The position numbers were made by a program, and so were the translations under genes. DNA of 63,983 nt, counting the filler, from Limisphaerales bacterium (GTDB lineage Bacteria > Verrucomicrobiota > Verrucomicrobiia > Limisphaerales > SIBE01): NCBI GenBank assembly GCA_044225505.1. It is 4 parts of 4 records of this genome, joined end to end, with 100 filler letters (N's around TTAATTAATTAA, not from the genome) between each part and the next. Parts side by side here need not be neighbours in the genome. Positions count along the whole stretch, not along the records: positions 17,292 to 34,363 come from JBGAIN010000172.1; 3 more parts are not named here. One strand, given 5' to 3'. Shown piece after piece: positions 17,292 to 28,591 of this stretch; within the stretch, counting starts at the first letter, position 1; the number at the start of each line of letters is the position of its first letter. The notes under the pieces were generated by a model. That model searched no databases. It was not told the DNA's origin and saw nothing but the letters and a program-made list of their open reading frames with translations.

Positions 17292-20200
17292 AGAACATCC
17301 GTCGCCGACACGCGCGTGATCGAAACGGACGTTGAAGGTTCATCGACTGACACAGTAGCGCTGGCTGTGCAATCATTTCCGTCTTTGACCACAATGGAGA
17401 AATTCCCCGCGGTCAGGCCACTCCACGCGCGGTTGGCTTGAAACGTCAGCCCGCCGTCCTTCGAATAGCTCAGTGCCCCCGTTCCCCCGCTGGCATCCAC
17501 CGCAATTGAACCAGTGGCTGCCCCACGACATCTCACTGAGTCCACTTCAGCGGATGCGATAATCACCGATGCAGCTGGTTCGCCGATTTTCACGTCAATC
17601 GCATCTCGGCAACCATTCGGATCCTGAACCACCACTGAGTAAGTCCCTGCCAGCAGGTCGAGAAAAGCGCTGTCGCCTTGGAAGCTTACTCCACCATCCT
17701 TCGAATAGCTTAGAGTCCCTGTGCCGCCGGAAGCCGTTACGGTGATGGAACCAGTGGCTGCGCCGTGACAGAGCACATTGATCACCGAGATCGACCCAAT
17801 CGAGACTGAAGTCGACGGTTCATTGATTGCTGCAGCCCCTAAGGCCTGGCAGCCGTTGGCATCCTCAACGACGACCGCATAAGTTCCTGCGAGTAGGGAC
17901 TCAAAAGTGTTCTGTGTCTGGAAGGATGTTCCCCCATCCACGGAGTAGCGCAACCTTCCTATCCCACCTCCTGCCTCGACGACTATTGAGCCCGCAGCCG
18001 CCCCGCGACAACGGACGTCCGTAGTGTTTACCGAGGAGATCGTAACAAGCGTCGCCGGCTCATTCACCGCCGCACTCCGCGTGGCCAAGCATCCGGCGGC
18101 GTCTTTGACAGCTATGATGTAATCACCTGCGGCGAGTCCAGTGAACGTTCGGGCTGCCTGGAACGTGGCTCCGCCATCTTTCGAGTAACTCAGGGTTCCT
18201 GTCCCACCGTGCGCCTGTACGGAGATTTCGCCCGTCGCTGTTCCGCGGCAGAGGACATCTTGGACCTGCGTAGATTCGATGCTTATCGCTGTCGCTGGTT
18301 CACTCACTGTTACCTCGGCAGTCGATCGGCAGCCACTCGCATCTTGGACCACCACGGCGTAATTGCCGGCTGGCACGCCGTCGAAGACATTCAAACCTTG
18401 GAAGGTTGCGCCCCCGTCGTTCGAGTAAGCGATAGCACCTGTGCCTCCCGCAGCAGTCACGGCGATGGTTCCGCTCGCATCACCGCGACAGACCACATCC
18501 ACAGTTTCAATCGCTGCGATCTCGACCACACTCGCAGGCTCGTTCACAATGGCTTGAGATTGCGCTTCACATACGTTCACATCCTTAACGACAATTGAAT
18601 AGGGTCCCGCAACTAAATTGTTGAACGTATTGCCCGCCTGGTAGGAAATGCCTCCATCAATGGAGTACGACAGGGCTCCGGTGCCGCCGGATGCTTCGAT
18701 CGACAAGGAGCCCGTGGTTCCACCGTGACACAAAACATCCCTCACCTGCACCATCGTGATCGAGACCACCGCTGCCGGTTCGTTGACGACGGCACGAGCT
18801 GTCGCCTTGCAGCCAAGGGCGTCCATCACAGTGATGGTATACGATCCAGCTCGCAAATCATTGAATACATTTCCTGTCTGGAAACTCATTCCATCGATGG
18901 AATAAACAAGCGCCCCAGTCCCGCATGTCGCGTTGACCTTGATGGATCCAGTCGCTGTTCCTCGGCAAAGGACGTCAACCACAGGGAACGATGCGATAGT
19001 CACAGGCGTTTGCGGTTCGGCTATGGCCAACCACCGATCGGCAGCACAGGAAGAAGCATCCCGGACAACTATTTGGTATTTACCCGCGACCAACCCGCTG
19101 AAGAAACCCGCGGATTGCCAGTTCGCTCCGCCGTCTTTGGAATAGGCCAGAGGCCCTGTGCCGCCCCTAGCACTGACCTGGATCTCTCCGGTAGACCCTC
19201 CGTAACAACAAATATCATTCACTATGACGGAATCGATGGTCAGTGTCTCAGGTTCGCCAATCGTTACCGAGGCGCTTGCTGAAAACCCGTTGGCGTCCTT
19301 CACGGTGACAACGTGGAGTCCGCCCGCTATTGCGGAGAACTTACCGCTCGATTGATAAACACCTCCGTCCAGCCTAAATAGATACGGCGGCGCGCCGCCA
19401 CTGCCGCCAACCACAAAGCTCCCGTCGTGCACGCCGTGACAGCTGACACCGGTTTGATCGGAGATGCCCACATTCAATGCGGGCGGCTCATCCATCACTG
19501 CACTGGAAACACTGGCCGCCAGGCCAGTTGAGCTGCTAACGGTCACGTCAAACGCCGCGAGGCAATTGTTGGAGTCTTTTACCGTGACCGTATGCAAGCC
19601 AGGAGAGACGTCACCGAACACATCACCTGCTTGATAGACCCCATCGTTGAGGGTGTAGAGGTAAGGGGCTCGACCACCGCTGGCGCTGGCCGTGATCACA
19701 CCGTCTGCGCACGTCGCACAGGTCGCCGATGTCGCGGTCGCGCTGGCTATCAACTGCGAGGGCGCCGTCAGAGTAACGAGGCAAGGAATGCCGTTGGCAT
19801 TGCCAGCCAAATCCCGGGCTCCGATTGTCACTGTAACCGTCTCTCCCGGCGGAACGACTATTCCCGGGCCTGGATCCTGGGTCACGACAAGTTCTTGCCG
19901 CGGTGTGGAGTTGTCCGTCGCCACCAGCTCAGCTCGCAAATCCGGGATCCGAGCGACACCTGAGCTATAGGTCACCAAGGTTCGCGACGGTGGGCACGAA
20001 ACGATCCAGGGCGGAGTGTTATCGATCACCCAGACCCAGAACACACAGTAAGCCACGTTATCGCCGGAATCGATGGCGGCGTAAATGACACGCGTATCTC
20101 CAATTTGGAAGATGTCGCCCGGATTATGGCTACTCGATATTCTCAAGCCTGGGCATTCGTCAGTCACGATCGGCGGAGGCCACGTCACTGATTGATCACA

Positions 20201-23200
20201 CGTTGGCCCAGCATTCCCAGTCCCCAGGACGATATCGGATGGGCAATTCACAAACGTTGGCGGCGTTCTTCCCGAAACGATGACATGAAACGTGCATTGA
20301 CTCCTGTTCCCGTTGGCGTCGGTAGCAGTATAGGTGATTGGCGTGTCTCCCAGCGGGAATTGTGACCCGTTTGGGCGTCCTTCAGTTTGGGCAATGGTTG
20401 CTCCCGGACAGTTATCTGACACGGTCGGTTCAGTCCAATCGATCACAGCGCCGCAAACGCTGGGATCATCGTCTTTGCTGATCAACACCGGGCAACCGGA
20501 AATCCTTGGTTTTTGCGTATCTCGTACCGTCACCGTGAAAGTGCAGGTCGCCAAATCACCGGCCTGGTCGGTCGCGGTGTAGGTGACTCTGTGGGTCCCG
20601 ATCGAGAAGAAACTCCCACTCGCCTGCCCTTCAGTTTGTATGATGGCGGTTCCGGGGCAGTTCCCAAGGACGCCGGGCGCAACCCAACTCACAATGGCTC
20701 CGCACTCTTCAGGATCATTGCCAACGGTAATGGAATCCGGGCACCCAGTAATCGTTGGCTCTTCCACGATCACAGTAAAACTGCATGTCGCGGTATTCCC
20801 TGCAGAATCCATGGCTGTGTAAGTCACGAGAGTTGCTCCCGGTGGGAATAGGGACCCACTGCTCAAGCCCGCCGTTAGAGTGACTGTCGGAGTCGAACTG
20901 TTGTCCGTTGCTCTAGGATCGATCCAACTCGCTACCGCGCCGCACGCACCAGGATCGTTGGGCAATTGAATTGGTTCAGGGCAATGACTAAAGCGCGGCT
21001 TTTCGTCGTCAATCACGGTGACAGTAAACGAACACTCCGAAGTGCCTCCGGACGCGTCAAAGGCAGTATAAGTCACCGTAGTGACCCCGAGCGGGAATGG
21101 GCTGCCGGCGGATGGGCCGGCCGTCTGGAGGATCGAGGCGCCAGTGCAATTGTCTTCTACATGAGGCAGCGCCCATGTCACGACCGCGGTGTCGGAGTTT
21201 GCATCCGTGTTCCTAATCAGGGGTGCGGGGCACCCGATAATCGTTGGTTTCTCGGTGTCGCTGACGATGACATCGAAGCTGCAAGCAGCGGTTACGCCCT
21301 CGCCATCATGCGCGACGTAACGCACCAGGGTATGGCCGACAGGAAAGAGTGAACCTGGCCCCGGGCCGTCGGTTTGTTCCAGAAAGGCACCGCCGCAATT
21401 ATCCCGCACGGTGGGAGGAGTCCAGTCCACGACCGCGCCGCACCACCCGGCATCGCTGTTTTGCGTTATTGGACCCGGACACCCGTCGATCTGAGGGGGT
21501 TCAGGATCGATCACCGTAACAATGAAGCTGCAGGTTTTGGTTTGGTTCGCGAGATTTCGGGCAGAGTAAGTCACGGTAGTTTGTCCGACCGGGAACATCG
21601 ATCCGCTTTTTGGTCCGGCTGTTTGAGAAATTTCCGCTCCGGGACAATCGTCTCTAGCGTTGGGATCTGGCCATGTCACAACCGTGCCGCAAGAATTTGG
21701 ATCACAGATCTTTGAAATGGGAGCTGGACACCCGGTGATCTGGAGACTGTCGGTGCGAAGCACCATAACCGAGAAACTGCATGTCGTTACATTGCCTGCT
21801 GAATCCGTGGCGATGTAAGTAACGAGGCTCTCGCCTATAGGGAACGTCGATCCGTTGTCCGGGCCGCTGACTTGAACGATTTGCGGTTCAGAGCAACGGT
21901 CCGAAACTGTCGGTTGCTGCCACCGCACGACAGCTCCGCAGGTGCCAGGATCCTGGTTAACACGAATCTCTGTTGGGCAATCGCTGATAGTAGGGGGATT
22001 CTCGTCCTGAATCGTTATTGTTTGCGTCTCACTTGTGCGATTTCCACATAAATCAGTGGCGGTAAAAGTTCGCGTGATCGCTAAGGGTAACAGCTGGATC
22101 TTACGGTCTTGGTAGGTCAAAGCGGAGATGCCGCACTCATCCGCTGCGTTGCCGCCTTCTTTGGATAGATCGGCCGTGGTAATGTCGACGGGCACCTCTG
22201 AATATGGGAGAGATGGGATGTCCCGTTCACTGCATCCTTCCACCGTTCTTTCTTTAGAAACCGTGATCACCGGCGAGGTCGTGTCCATGATCTCAATCTC
22301 TTGGCCACAAGTGGCGGAATTGCCGCTGGCATCGACGACTGTATACGTCCGCGTCACCAGGATCGGACAACGGGTGGCACTCCGTCTGTCTTGATAGGAA
22401 ATTACCAAATCCTCCGCCAAGGTATCGTTATCTGTGGCTCTCCCTCCCGCTTCTTGAAACTGCGTCCAGGTGATGGCATGCGACACTTCACTGAAAGGCA
22501 ACGGAACAATCGCATCGGTCCCGCAACCTTCCAAGAAACTGCTTTTATCGACAGACAAGTTATCCAAGGCCAAATCCAGCGCGTTGAGCCCGGTCATCCC
22601 ATTCCCCGTTCCCACCGCGACCGCCGTAAACGAAGTCGTGACAGCATTGTTGTCGATCGCCACAGCCTGCGTCACCCCATCCACCTTGAGGGTGAGACGG
22701 AGTGACGTAGGAAGACCGCTGTTTAGCCGTTCGATAGACAGAGAGGCTTGATGCGGCAGCGCGTCGCTGATCGACAGTGGATAGCTCTCGAATGGCGCCA
22801 GCGCAAAGTTGTCGCCGCCGTGCAAAATCTCGGTTCCGCCTGTGCCGCCGGTCTCACGGTAAATGGCGGCTTCAGGCGGGCCTCCGTTCGATCCGATACG
22901 TGCATTGTAGCCCGGATCATCGTTGGCACACCCGTCGTAATCCGCATGCGCGTACGAACCCTTAGGAGAATATAGGCCAAAGCGGAGATCATTATCGCCC
23001 AGATTCAACAACCGGAACGTGAAGCGCAAATCAATGCGATCTCCAGCTCTGTCCAGAGAACCTGCACTTGGAGCAACTCCCGAGTTCACACCTTCCACGG
23101 GTGAATTCTCATTGCTCGTCAGAATCTTCAACGCTCTTAATCCTAGGACAGGATCGTCGAAAACGGAGAGTGACACCGGATCATTCGAGGAGATTTGCGC

Positions 23201-23632
23201 TGAGTACCAGTCAAAATCGAGCGGACTGGTGGCAAAGCGGGAGCCATCTGTGAACGAATCCAAGAACAACACCTGCCCAACGATGCCGGTATTGGGCGGT
23301 GGACAGGTCGTAATGAGCGGAGGCGTACGATCCGCGGTTCCATTCAATGCGATCGACGCTCTCGAAATCACCGGTTCAACGGTGTTTTCTCCTGCCCCGT
23401 CGGCGCTGGCGTCGCTGCGGGTTGCTGGGTCCTGTTCCATCTTGTCGTTATTAATCTTCACCAATTGAAGCAAAGGGGCGTTGCTTTCAATTGCCAACGC
23501 GGCATGAGCATCATCGCGATAAATGCCAGATCCCAACGCCGCGGCGGGCGGCCATCCAGCGAAAAGGAAGCCAATAACGCTGACTTCGATTGGCCAGCTC
23601 CAGATTTGCGTCCTTCCTTTCATCGCACCCAT
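17292..23632 (-). CDS. Giant secreted adhesin-like protein: lectin-like domain, about 8-9 HYR repeats, at least 10 SprB-type repeats; 3'-truncated by contig end
   Basis: HYR units D..PP.I..CP..I....DPG.CGAVV.W...GS.FP.G.T.VTY.A.D..GN...CSF.V.V; SprB units DV.C.G..TGSI.V.A.GGTG.L.YS.DGG..FQ....F..L.AG.Y.V.V.D..GC; runs into the N gap. Confidence 0.88.
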
Positions 23633-24488
23633 GATATGGATTCGATCGGCATACTCCTGGAGGCGCTCGCGGACACCGATGTGCCCTGTCGGACATCGCC
23701 TTGATCGACATCACCTCAGCGCTCTCCCGAATTGGAATGGTTCAATGCGGGCGAATGCCCAGCTGTCCGAGAAGCAGCGTGTGCTTCATGGTAAATCCTG
23801 TGGTTTAACAGGACCGCGTCCTTGTGGGTTCCTCCCTTCCAAACGGTCGCTTGCTACCTTCCTCCTTGGTTATCTGCTCTGCCCTGCTTAAGCCGATGAG
23901 ATTGCGTTGCGAGGCAAAGTCAGTGCCAGAGAAGTGGATCTAAGAACTCTAATCCATCCAATCCGCGCGTTTGCTTGTCGTCCTCAAGAGTCTCGCCAGA
24001 TCGCCGCGTTCGCTCGCGAATCGGGCGCACTGAAAGCATTGAGCGATTCGACCTCCGCGTTGAGCTTTTAGACCTGCCTCCTAACCGGCTGTATCGCAGC
24101 AAACGCCGGATCGAAAGTCAATGGATTTTCGGGAACCAGACTAACGTACCGTCGATCCTCTGCTAATTCTAAACGGCACGGGACCAAGTCCGGACCCCGG
24201 CGATGCGGTTCTCCAGAAAGGGTCGCTGCGTGACACAAATGCGGCTATGAGCGAGTGACCTAGCGCGACTCCGTGTCAGCCATCCGAGCATGTCCATGGC
24301 CGGGTCGGTGGAGAGGGTCAATTGAGAGCAAATTGCTCCTGCCCGCCGAGACAGCTGGGAAATCTGCATTAATTCCTGATATCTCGCACCTTGGAGGGAT
24401 TTGGCGGCTAAATCCCATTCCCGATCGCTGTGTGGTCGGATTTTTCGGAAGCGCCCGGCTCGTGCGAAGGTTCTCCGAGCGCTCCTGG

Positions 24489-24530
24489 CCCACTGGTAAC
24501 CCACCTGGAGTGGGTCACCAGTGGGTTACC
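24489..24530. repeat. 16-bp inverted repeat built from an 11-bp unit
   Basis: CCCACTGGTAACCCAC-ctgga-GTGGGTCACCAGTGGG (1 mismatch); the right arm continues as the direct repeat AGTGGGTCACC AGTGGGTTACC. Confidence 0.75.
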
Positions 24531-24782
24531 TCCGAATGAAGAGCGGGAAAAGGAGCAATCGAATCCTTATCCGGACCTTCGACAGCGCGCCGTAGAAGCG
24601 CCAGATTCAGGGGAGTCTCGGAAAAACACCAGCCATGCTTATCAGTGCGGAAACTCCTTCGGCCCGTTGGGATACGGCCGTTCTACGGGATCACCATGGA
24701 AACCGAACCGCATCACCATTCCTTACTTGACGATATGTTCGGATTAGATACCATGAGAGCGAATTTTGGAGGTATTCGAGCT

Positions 24783-25379
24783 ATGGCGCTAGTTACAGCC
24801 AATCAGTTAGCTATCTTGTCCTTGCGCGGTGCGTTGGGCGATTTGATCTTCTATCCCCACCCCTTCAAAAAGGGGATCTTCATCTTAAAGACCAAAGGCA
24901 CGCGAGCCGCCCCGCCGACCGCTGGCGAGGTCGAAGGACGGGAAAAGCACAAGCTCGCTGTTAAATACGCCCGCGAGGCCCAATCGCAGGCAGTTTACCA
25001 AAAAGCGGGCCGAGCGACGGGCCGAAACCCATTCAATCTGGCAGTGTCGGATTTTCGCCTTCCGCCCGAAGTGACAGCGATTGACGCGACGGCCTATGGT
25101 GGAGTGCCTGGCGACCAAATCGAAGTGGAAGCGATCGATCTATTCGAGGTCGCGTCGGTGGGGATCCAGATATTGGCGATGACAGGCGAAATCCTCGAGG
25201 TGGGAGACGCCAAGCGGAAGGGCGGGAAGAGCACTCGGTGGACCTATGTGGCCAGCGGTGCAGTCGAAGCAGGACGAAACGTCGTGATCGAAGCCACCGC
25301 GCGAGATTATGCGGGAAACCACGCCACGCGGCGATTAGAGCATTGTTGCGGTGAGCGCCAGACGACGGTTCACGGATAG
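24783..25379 (+). CDS. Hypothetical protein (basic N-terminal region, Ig-like C-terminal domain)
   Basis: ORF open from 24645; start placed at MALVTANQLAILSLRGALGDLIF. C-terminus ...WTYVA...VVIEATARDYAGN looks like an Ig-type beta sandwich. Confidence 0.65.
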   Translation: MALVTANQLAILSLRGALGDLIFYPHPFKKGIFILKTKGTRAAPPTAGEVEGREKHKLAVKYAREAQSQAVYQKAGRATGRNPFNLAVSDFRLPPEVTAIDATAYGGVPGDQIEVEAIDLFEVASVGIQILAMTGEILEVGDAKRKGGKSTRWTYVASGAVEAGRNVVIEATARDYAGNHATRRLEHCCGERQTTVHG

Positions 25380-25511
25380 TATTTCATGAGACGCGGGCGC
25401 GGGGAGCGTTGCAGAGCCACAAGGCCCGGCTCTATTTTGTCAACCGCCTCCTAGCGCAGACGACTAAACAGGTTTAGAGTTAGACAAGCAACGACAGCGG
25501 GTTTCAGGACT

Positions 25512-25805
25512 ATGAAAACGCCGGATCTTCCTCACGAACCTTTAGAGGTCGGGCAGGACGAGCAGGAGCTGTGCATTTCTTGCCTGCAAGCGAACACTCC
25601 TGGAGTTCATTTTTGTGTCCACTGTGGGACTCCGCTGACCGCGTATGCCTCGACGGCGCCTTTAGAAAGTTGCTTTGCCCAAGGCGATTTTCTTCGGAAA
25701 GCTGCCACTCAAGGACGTTGGGGGGGCTGGATTCGAGCGGGGGTATTCGTCTTGTTAGCTTACCTGTTATTCGCCCTAATCTCGGGGTTAGTCTCGCCCG
25801 GGTAA
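25512..25805 (+). CDS. Small zinc-ribbon membrane protein
   Basis: CISC...FCVHCGTPL (two CxxC pairs) and a C-terminal TM helix. Confidence 0.7.
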   Translation: MKTPDLPHEPLEVGQDEQELCISCLQANTPGVHFCVHCGTPLTAYASTAPLESCFAQGDFLRKAATQGRWGGWIRAGVFVLLAYLLFALISGLVSPG

Positions 25806-25884
25806 TTCGGACGCGGCGTTGCGCTGAAACGGCGTCCGGTTGAGCCGAGGGTTTGACGTCAAACTCTTAGGTGGCCTTTCGGCA

Positions 25885-26448
25885 TCACTTTTGGGTGGCC
25901 GGCCGAACTTCGTCCGCAATTTGCGGATGCCATTCCTGTGCTTGCCCACCGACGAAGAGCAGAATTTTGTGGCCGTCGACCGTGCCGAGGGTAAATGGAG
26001 TGTTCAGCGAGGAGAGGAGTGGCGCTTCCGGAAGCGGTTCCACCAGGGAGTTACCGAGTTTCACATTGACCAAGGCTTCGTGAGTGTTTGAAGTGAGCGT
26101 TCCCCCGGATTTCATCACGACTTTGATCATGGCTGACTTTGTTTGGCTAACTCGCATTTGGGTGATCGAGATGTAAATTTGCGCGTTCGCCAAACCGATG
26201 GCATTCGTCGAGGTTTCCGTCCGGCCGTGAATTTGGCCTCCACCCCCTCGGCCCTTCATGGCGAGACAGAAGTCAGTCGGTCGCCGTGTTTCAACAGTGA
26301 GTTGCCAGATCTCGTCATCGTCCGATCGCAGGATCTCTGTGGCGCGAACCTGACACTGGTTGGCCGGCAGTTGGACCGCAGCTGGACAGTTGATCGCGAG
26401 AGCGAAGATCGAGAGCACCAGAGATCCAATACGCCTGATGGAAATCAT
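25885..26448 (-). CDS. Secreted hypothetical protein
   Basis: Signal-like N-terminus MISIRRIGSLVLSIFALAINCPA; sigma70-like TTGACG-N17-TATTGC at 26487-26459 just upstream. Confidence 0.6.
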   Translation of the reverse strand: MISIRRIGSLVLSIFALAINCPAAVQLPANQCQVRATEILRSDDDEIWQLTVETRRPTDFCLAMKGRGGGGQIHGRTETSTNAIGLANAQIYISITQMRVSQTKSAMIKVVMKSGGTLTSNTHEALVNVKLGNSLVEPLPEAPLLSSLNTPFTLGTVDGHKILLFVGGQAQEWHPQIADEVRPATQK

Positions 26449-26552
26449 TGGAGTAAAGGCAATAGCGACTGGGCTCGCCAGCGTCAAGAAGGAACCGGGG
26501 ACCAGGGACTAAAGTCCAGAAGCGGTTCTCTCGTTCTGGGACAGGCGTTTGG

Positions 26553-26640
26553 AGTCCCGGCAGGGACGTCGTGACATAAGCCCGGCACTTCCAGTGCCGG
26601 GAATCCACGCGCAGAGTCAAAGTCCCGACGGGACGGCTGA
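26553..26640. repeat. REP-like composite palindromic element (three hairpins)
   Basis: AGTCCCggcaGGGACG (26553), CCCGGCACT-tcc-AGTGCCGGG (26581-26601), AGTCCCgacGGGACG (26621): outer direct repeats around a central hairpin. Confidence 0.7.
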
Positions 26641-26793
26641 ACCTCCCGAATCCCAGAGCCAACGTGTTCTCAGATGATCGGTCGCCCCTTTCGGGGCTAA
26701 TCGTCATGGGTCGCTGGGTCTCGGCGGTAAAGCGTCCGAGCTATTTTCATTCATACCTCCGGCATGTCCGTCTTCGCTAGGCTAGGGGGCGCG

Positions 26794-26850
26794 AGGATTA
26801 CGATTACGAGGAGGATTACGATTACGAGAAGGATTACGATTACGAGAAGG
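26794..26850. repeat. 18-bp tandem repeat x3 (AGGATTACGATTACGAG[G/A])
   Basis: Units at 26794, 26812 and 26830, then degenerate AGGACTGAGAAGGAGTAAGAG. Confidence 0.92.
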
Positions 26851-26887
26851 ACTGAGAAGGAGTAAGAGTTTAGGCGGAAACGGGAAA

Positions 26888-26922
26888 GGGCTGTTCGGAA
26901 TCGAAGGGCGGCGGCATTTATA
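26888..26922 (+). promoter_or_regulatory. Candidate ECF promoter GGGCTGTTCGG-N16-CATTTATA
   Basis: Matches 6283-6249 in sequence and spacing; ends 7 nt upstream of ATG 26930. Confidence 0.6.
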
Positions 26923-26929
26923 CGATGGA

Positions 26930-28501
26930 ATGGTTGGTGAAGATCAAACCTTGCTGAGACGGTATTGCGTGGAAGGTGATCAGGATGCGTTCGCACGCTT
27001 GGTGCGCAAGCACTTGAACCTGGTTTACAGCGCTGCGTTGCGGCAACTGGGGGGCGATACGCAGGGAGCGGAGGAAGTTGCACAGGCCGTTTTTACTCGC
27101 CTGGCGCAACGTGCGCCTCGGCTGCCAGGAAACGTCGTTTTAGCGGGATGGCTTCACTCAGACACGCGCTTCACAGCGCTGCAACTCCTTCGGAGTCAGC
27201 AGCGACGACGGAGACGAGAAATGGAGGCGCTGCAGATGAATGGGTTGCAGGGGACGAAAGAACAGGATTGGGCGGCGATTCGACCGGCTGTCGATGAAGC
27301 CTTGGCGGGTTTGGGCGACGCGGATCGTAATCTCCTCTTGCTGCGCTACTTTGAAGGGCAGAGCTACCGGGAAGTGGGCGACGCCCTGGGATTTAGCGAA
27401 GACGCTGCGCGCATGCGCGTGACCCGAGCTTTGGAAAAGCTCCGTGAATTCTTCGCCCAGCGTGGGGTCAAAACGACCAGCCAGATCCTGGCCGAGACGC
27501 TCAGCACTCAAGGGGTGCACGCTGCCCCCCTTCCCCTCGTCGGAACTATCATCACGGCCGCTTTATTGGCCAGCCAAGGGTCCGCTCCAACGGCTGCCGC
27601 AGTATTTCTTATTATGACGAAAGCAAAAGCAACTGTCGCCGGGATTTTGATCGCCACGGGCCTTGTGGCCCCTGCCCTATGGCAGGCAGATCGGTACCGG
27701 CGTCTCGAGACAGATAACCAGACTTTACGGATGGAGATGGAAGGATTGCGCGCCGCTCGTGACCTGGTTGTAGCGACGAGCGGAAAGGAGCAAGAACGGC
27801 AAGCTGAAGCGCAAAATCAGGAGTTGGCCAAGCTCCGCGGGGAACTTGCGCAAGCGCGTCGGGAAATGAACGACCGGAAGCGCACGCAAACCCTCGTGCC
27901 TACTGCGCGACCTGAGGCCGCCGGGTCGCCCGGGAACGAGGGGGAGTCCTCCATTTCTGAGTCCGAGATGGCAGCGTTTCTCCAGAGACCTAAGGTCGAA
28001 CAAGGCGACTCGCTCGGGCGCTTGCGTCGGCAGATGATGGGACTGGAAAGCCGGACGAACGCTGAGTTCAAACGCAATTTGGATCTGGCAACCGCCATTC
28101 GACCGAAGCTGGAGGAGCTGGAGTCGCATCCAGACGAGTTTGCCGAATTCCAGGCGTCGTTCATAAAAACGGCGATTGGGCTCGAGGACGACCAGAAGGT
28201 GGGCAAAATCCGCGAGATTCTCGAGGAGACCTATGGGAAAGCGGTGGCTGAAAAACTGGATGCCCCGTCCCGTCCGTCGGAAGGCGGCGATGAGTGGGCG
28301 TTGCGCCGAGATGCGCTCGATCGGCCAGCGACGCGGGCAGTGCAACAACTGTTAACGGAGGAGGAGCGAGCTCGCTTTGACCGCGTTTTTCTCGGAGTCA
28401 TGGGAATCGACCTCGGCATCCAGGATGGCGCCTGGCACCGTTTTGTCCTTCCTGGAGGCGGAGTGACATTCCCGTCCGAGCAAGCCACGGTGAAGCCTTA
28501 A
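26930..28501 (+). CDS. ECF sigma factor with TM plus coiled-coil C-terminal extension
   Basis: DQDAFARLVRKHLNLVYSAALRQL, AGWLH, DRNLLLLRYFEGQSYREVG...ARMRVTRALEKLR; then TM (ATVAGILIATGLVAPALW) and a coiled coil. Confidence 0.9.
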   Translation: MVGEDQTLLRRYCVEGDQDAFARLVRKHLNLVYSAALRQLGGDTQGAEEVAQAVFTRLAQRAPRLPGNVVLAGWLHSDTRFTALQLLRSQQRRRRREMEALQMNGLQGTKEQDWAAIRPAVDEALAGLGDADRNLLLLRYFEGQSYREVGDALGFSEDAARMRVTRALEKLREFFAQRGVKTTSQILAETLSTQGVHAAPLPLVGTIITAALLASQGSAPTAAAVFLIMTKAKATVAGILIATGLVAPALWQADRYRRLETDNQTLRMEMEGLRAARDLVVATSGKEQERQAEAQNQELAKLRGELAQARREMNDRKRTQTLVPTARPEAAGSPGNEGESSISESEMAAFLQRPKVEQGDSLGRLRRQMMGLESRTNAEFKRNLDLATAIRPKLEELESHPDEFAEFQASFIKTAIGLEDDQKVGKIREILEETYGKAVAEKLDAPSRPSEGGDEWALRRDALDRPATRAVQQLLTEEERARFDRVFLGVMGIDLGIQDGAWHRFVLPGGGVTFPSEQATVKP

Positions 28502-28591
28502 TTCGTTAACCGCTGTCAACGGGATTGCCAGGGGGCGGGTAACAAGCGCCCCAGGGTTCACGAACTGCCCGACGTGTGCGGCGCGAGGCCT

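Noticed and set aside
23900..24480. Short Arg-rich ORFs in the divergent intergenic region
   Set aside because: No recognisable family, RBS or consistent frame; cannot be supported.
26794..26850. Possible CRISPR array
   Set aside because: Repeats are contiguous with no spacers, and no cas genes are present.
26751..27083. ORF containing LLVIVILLVIVILLVIVIL, which looks like a TM peptide
   Set aside because: It is the antisense translation of the 18-bp tandem repeat and overlaps the ECF gene.
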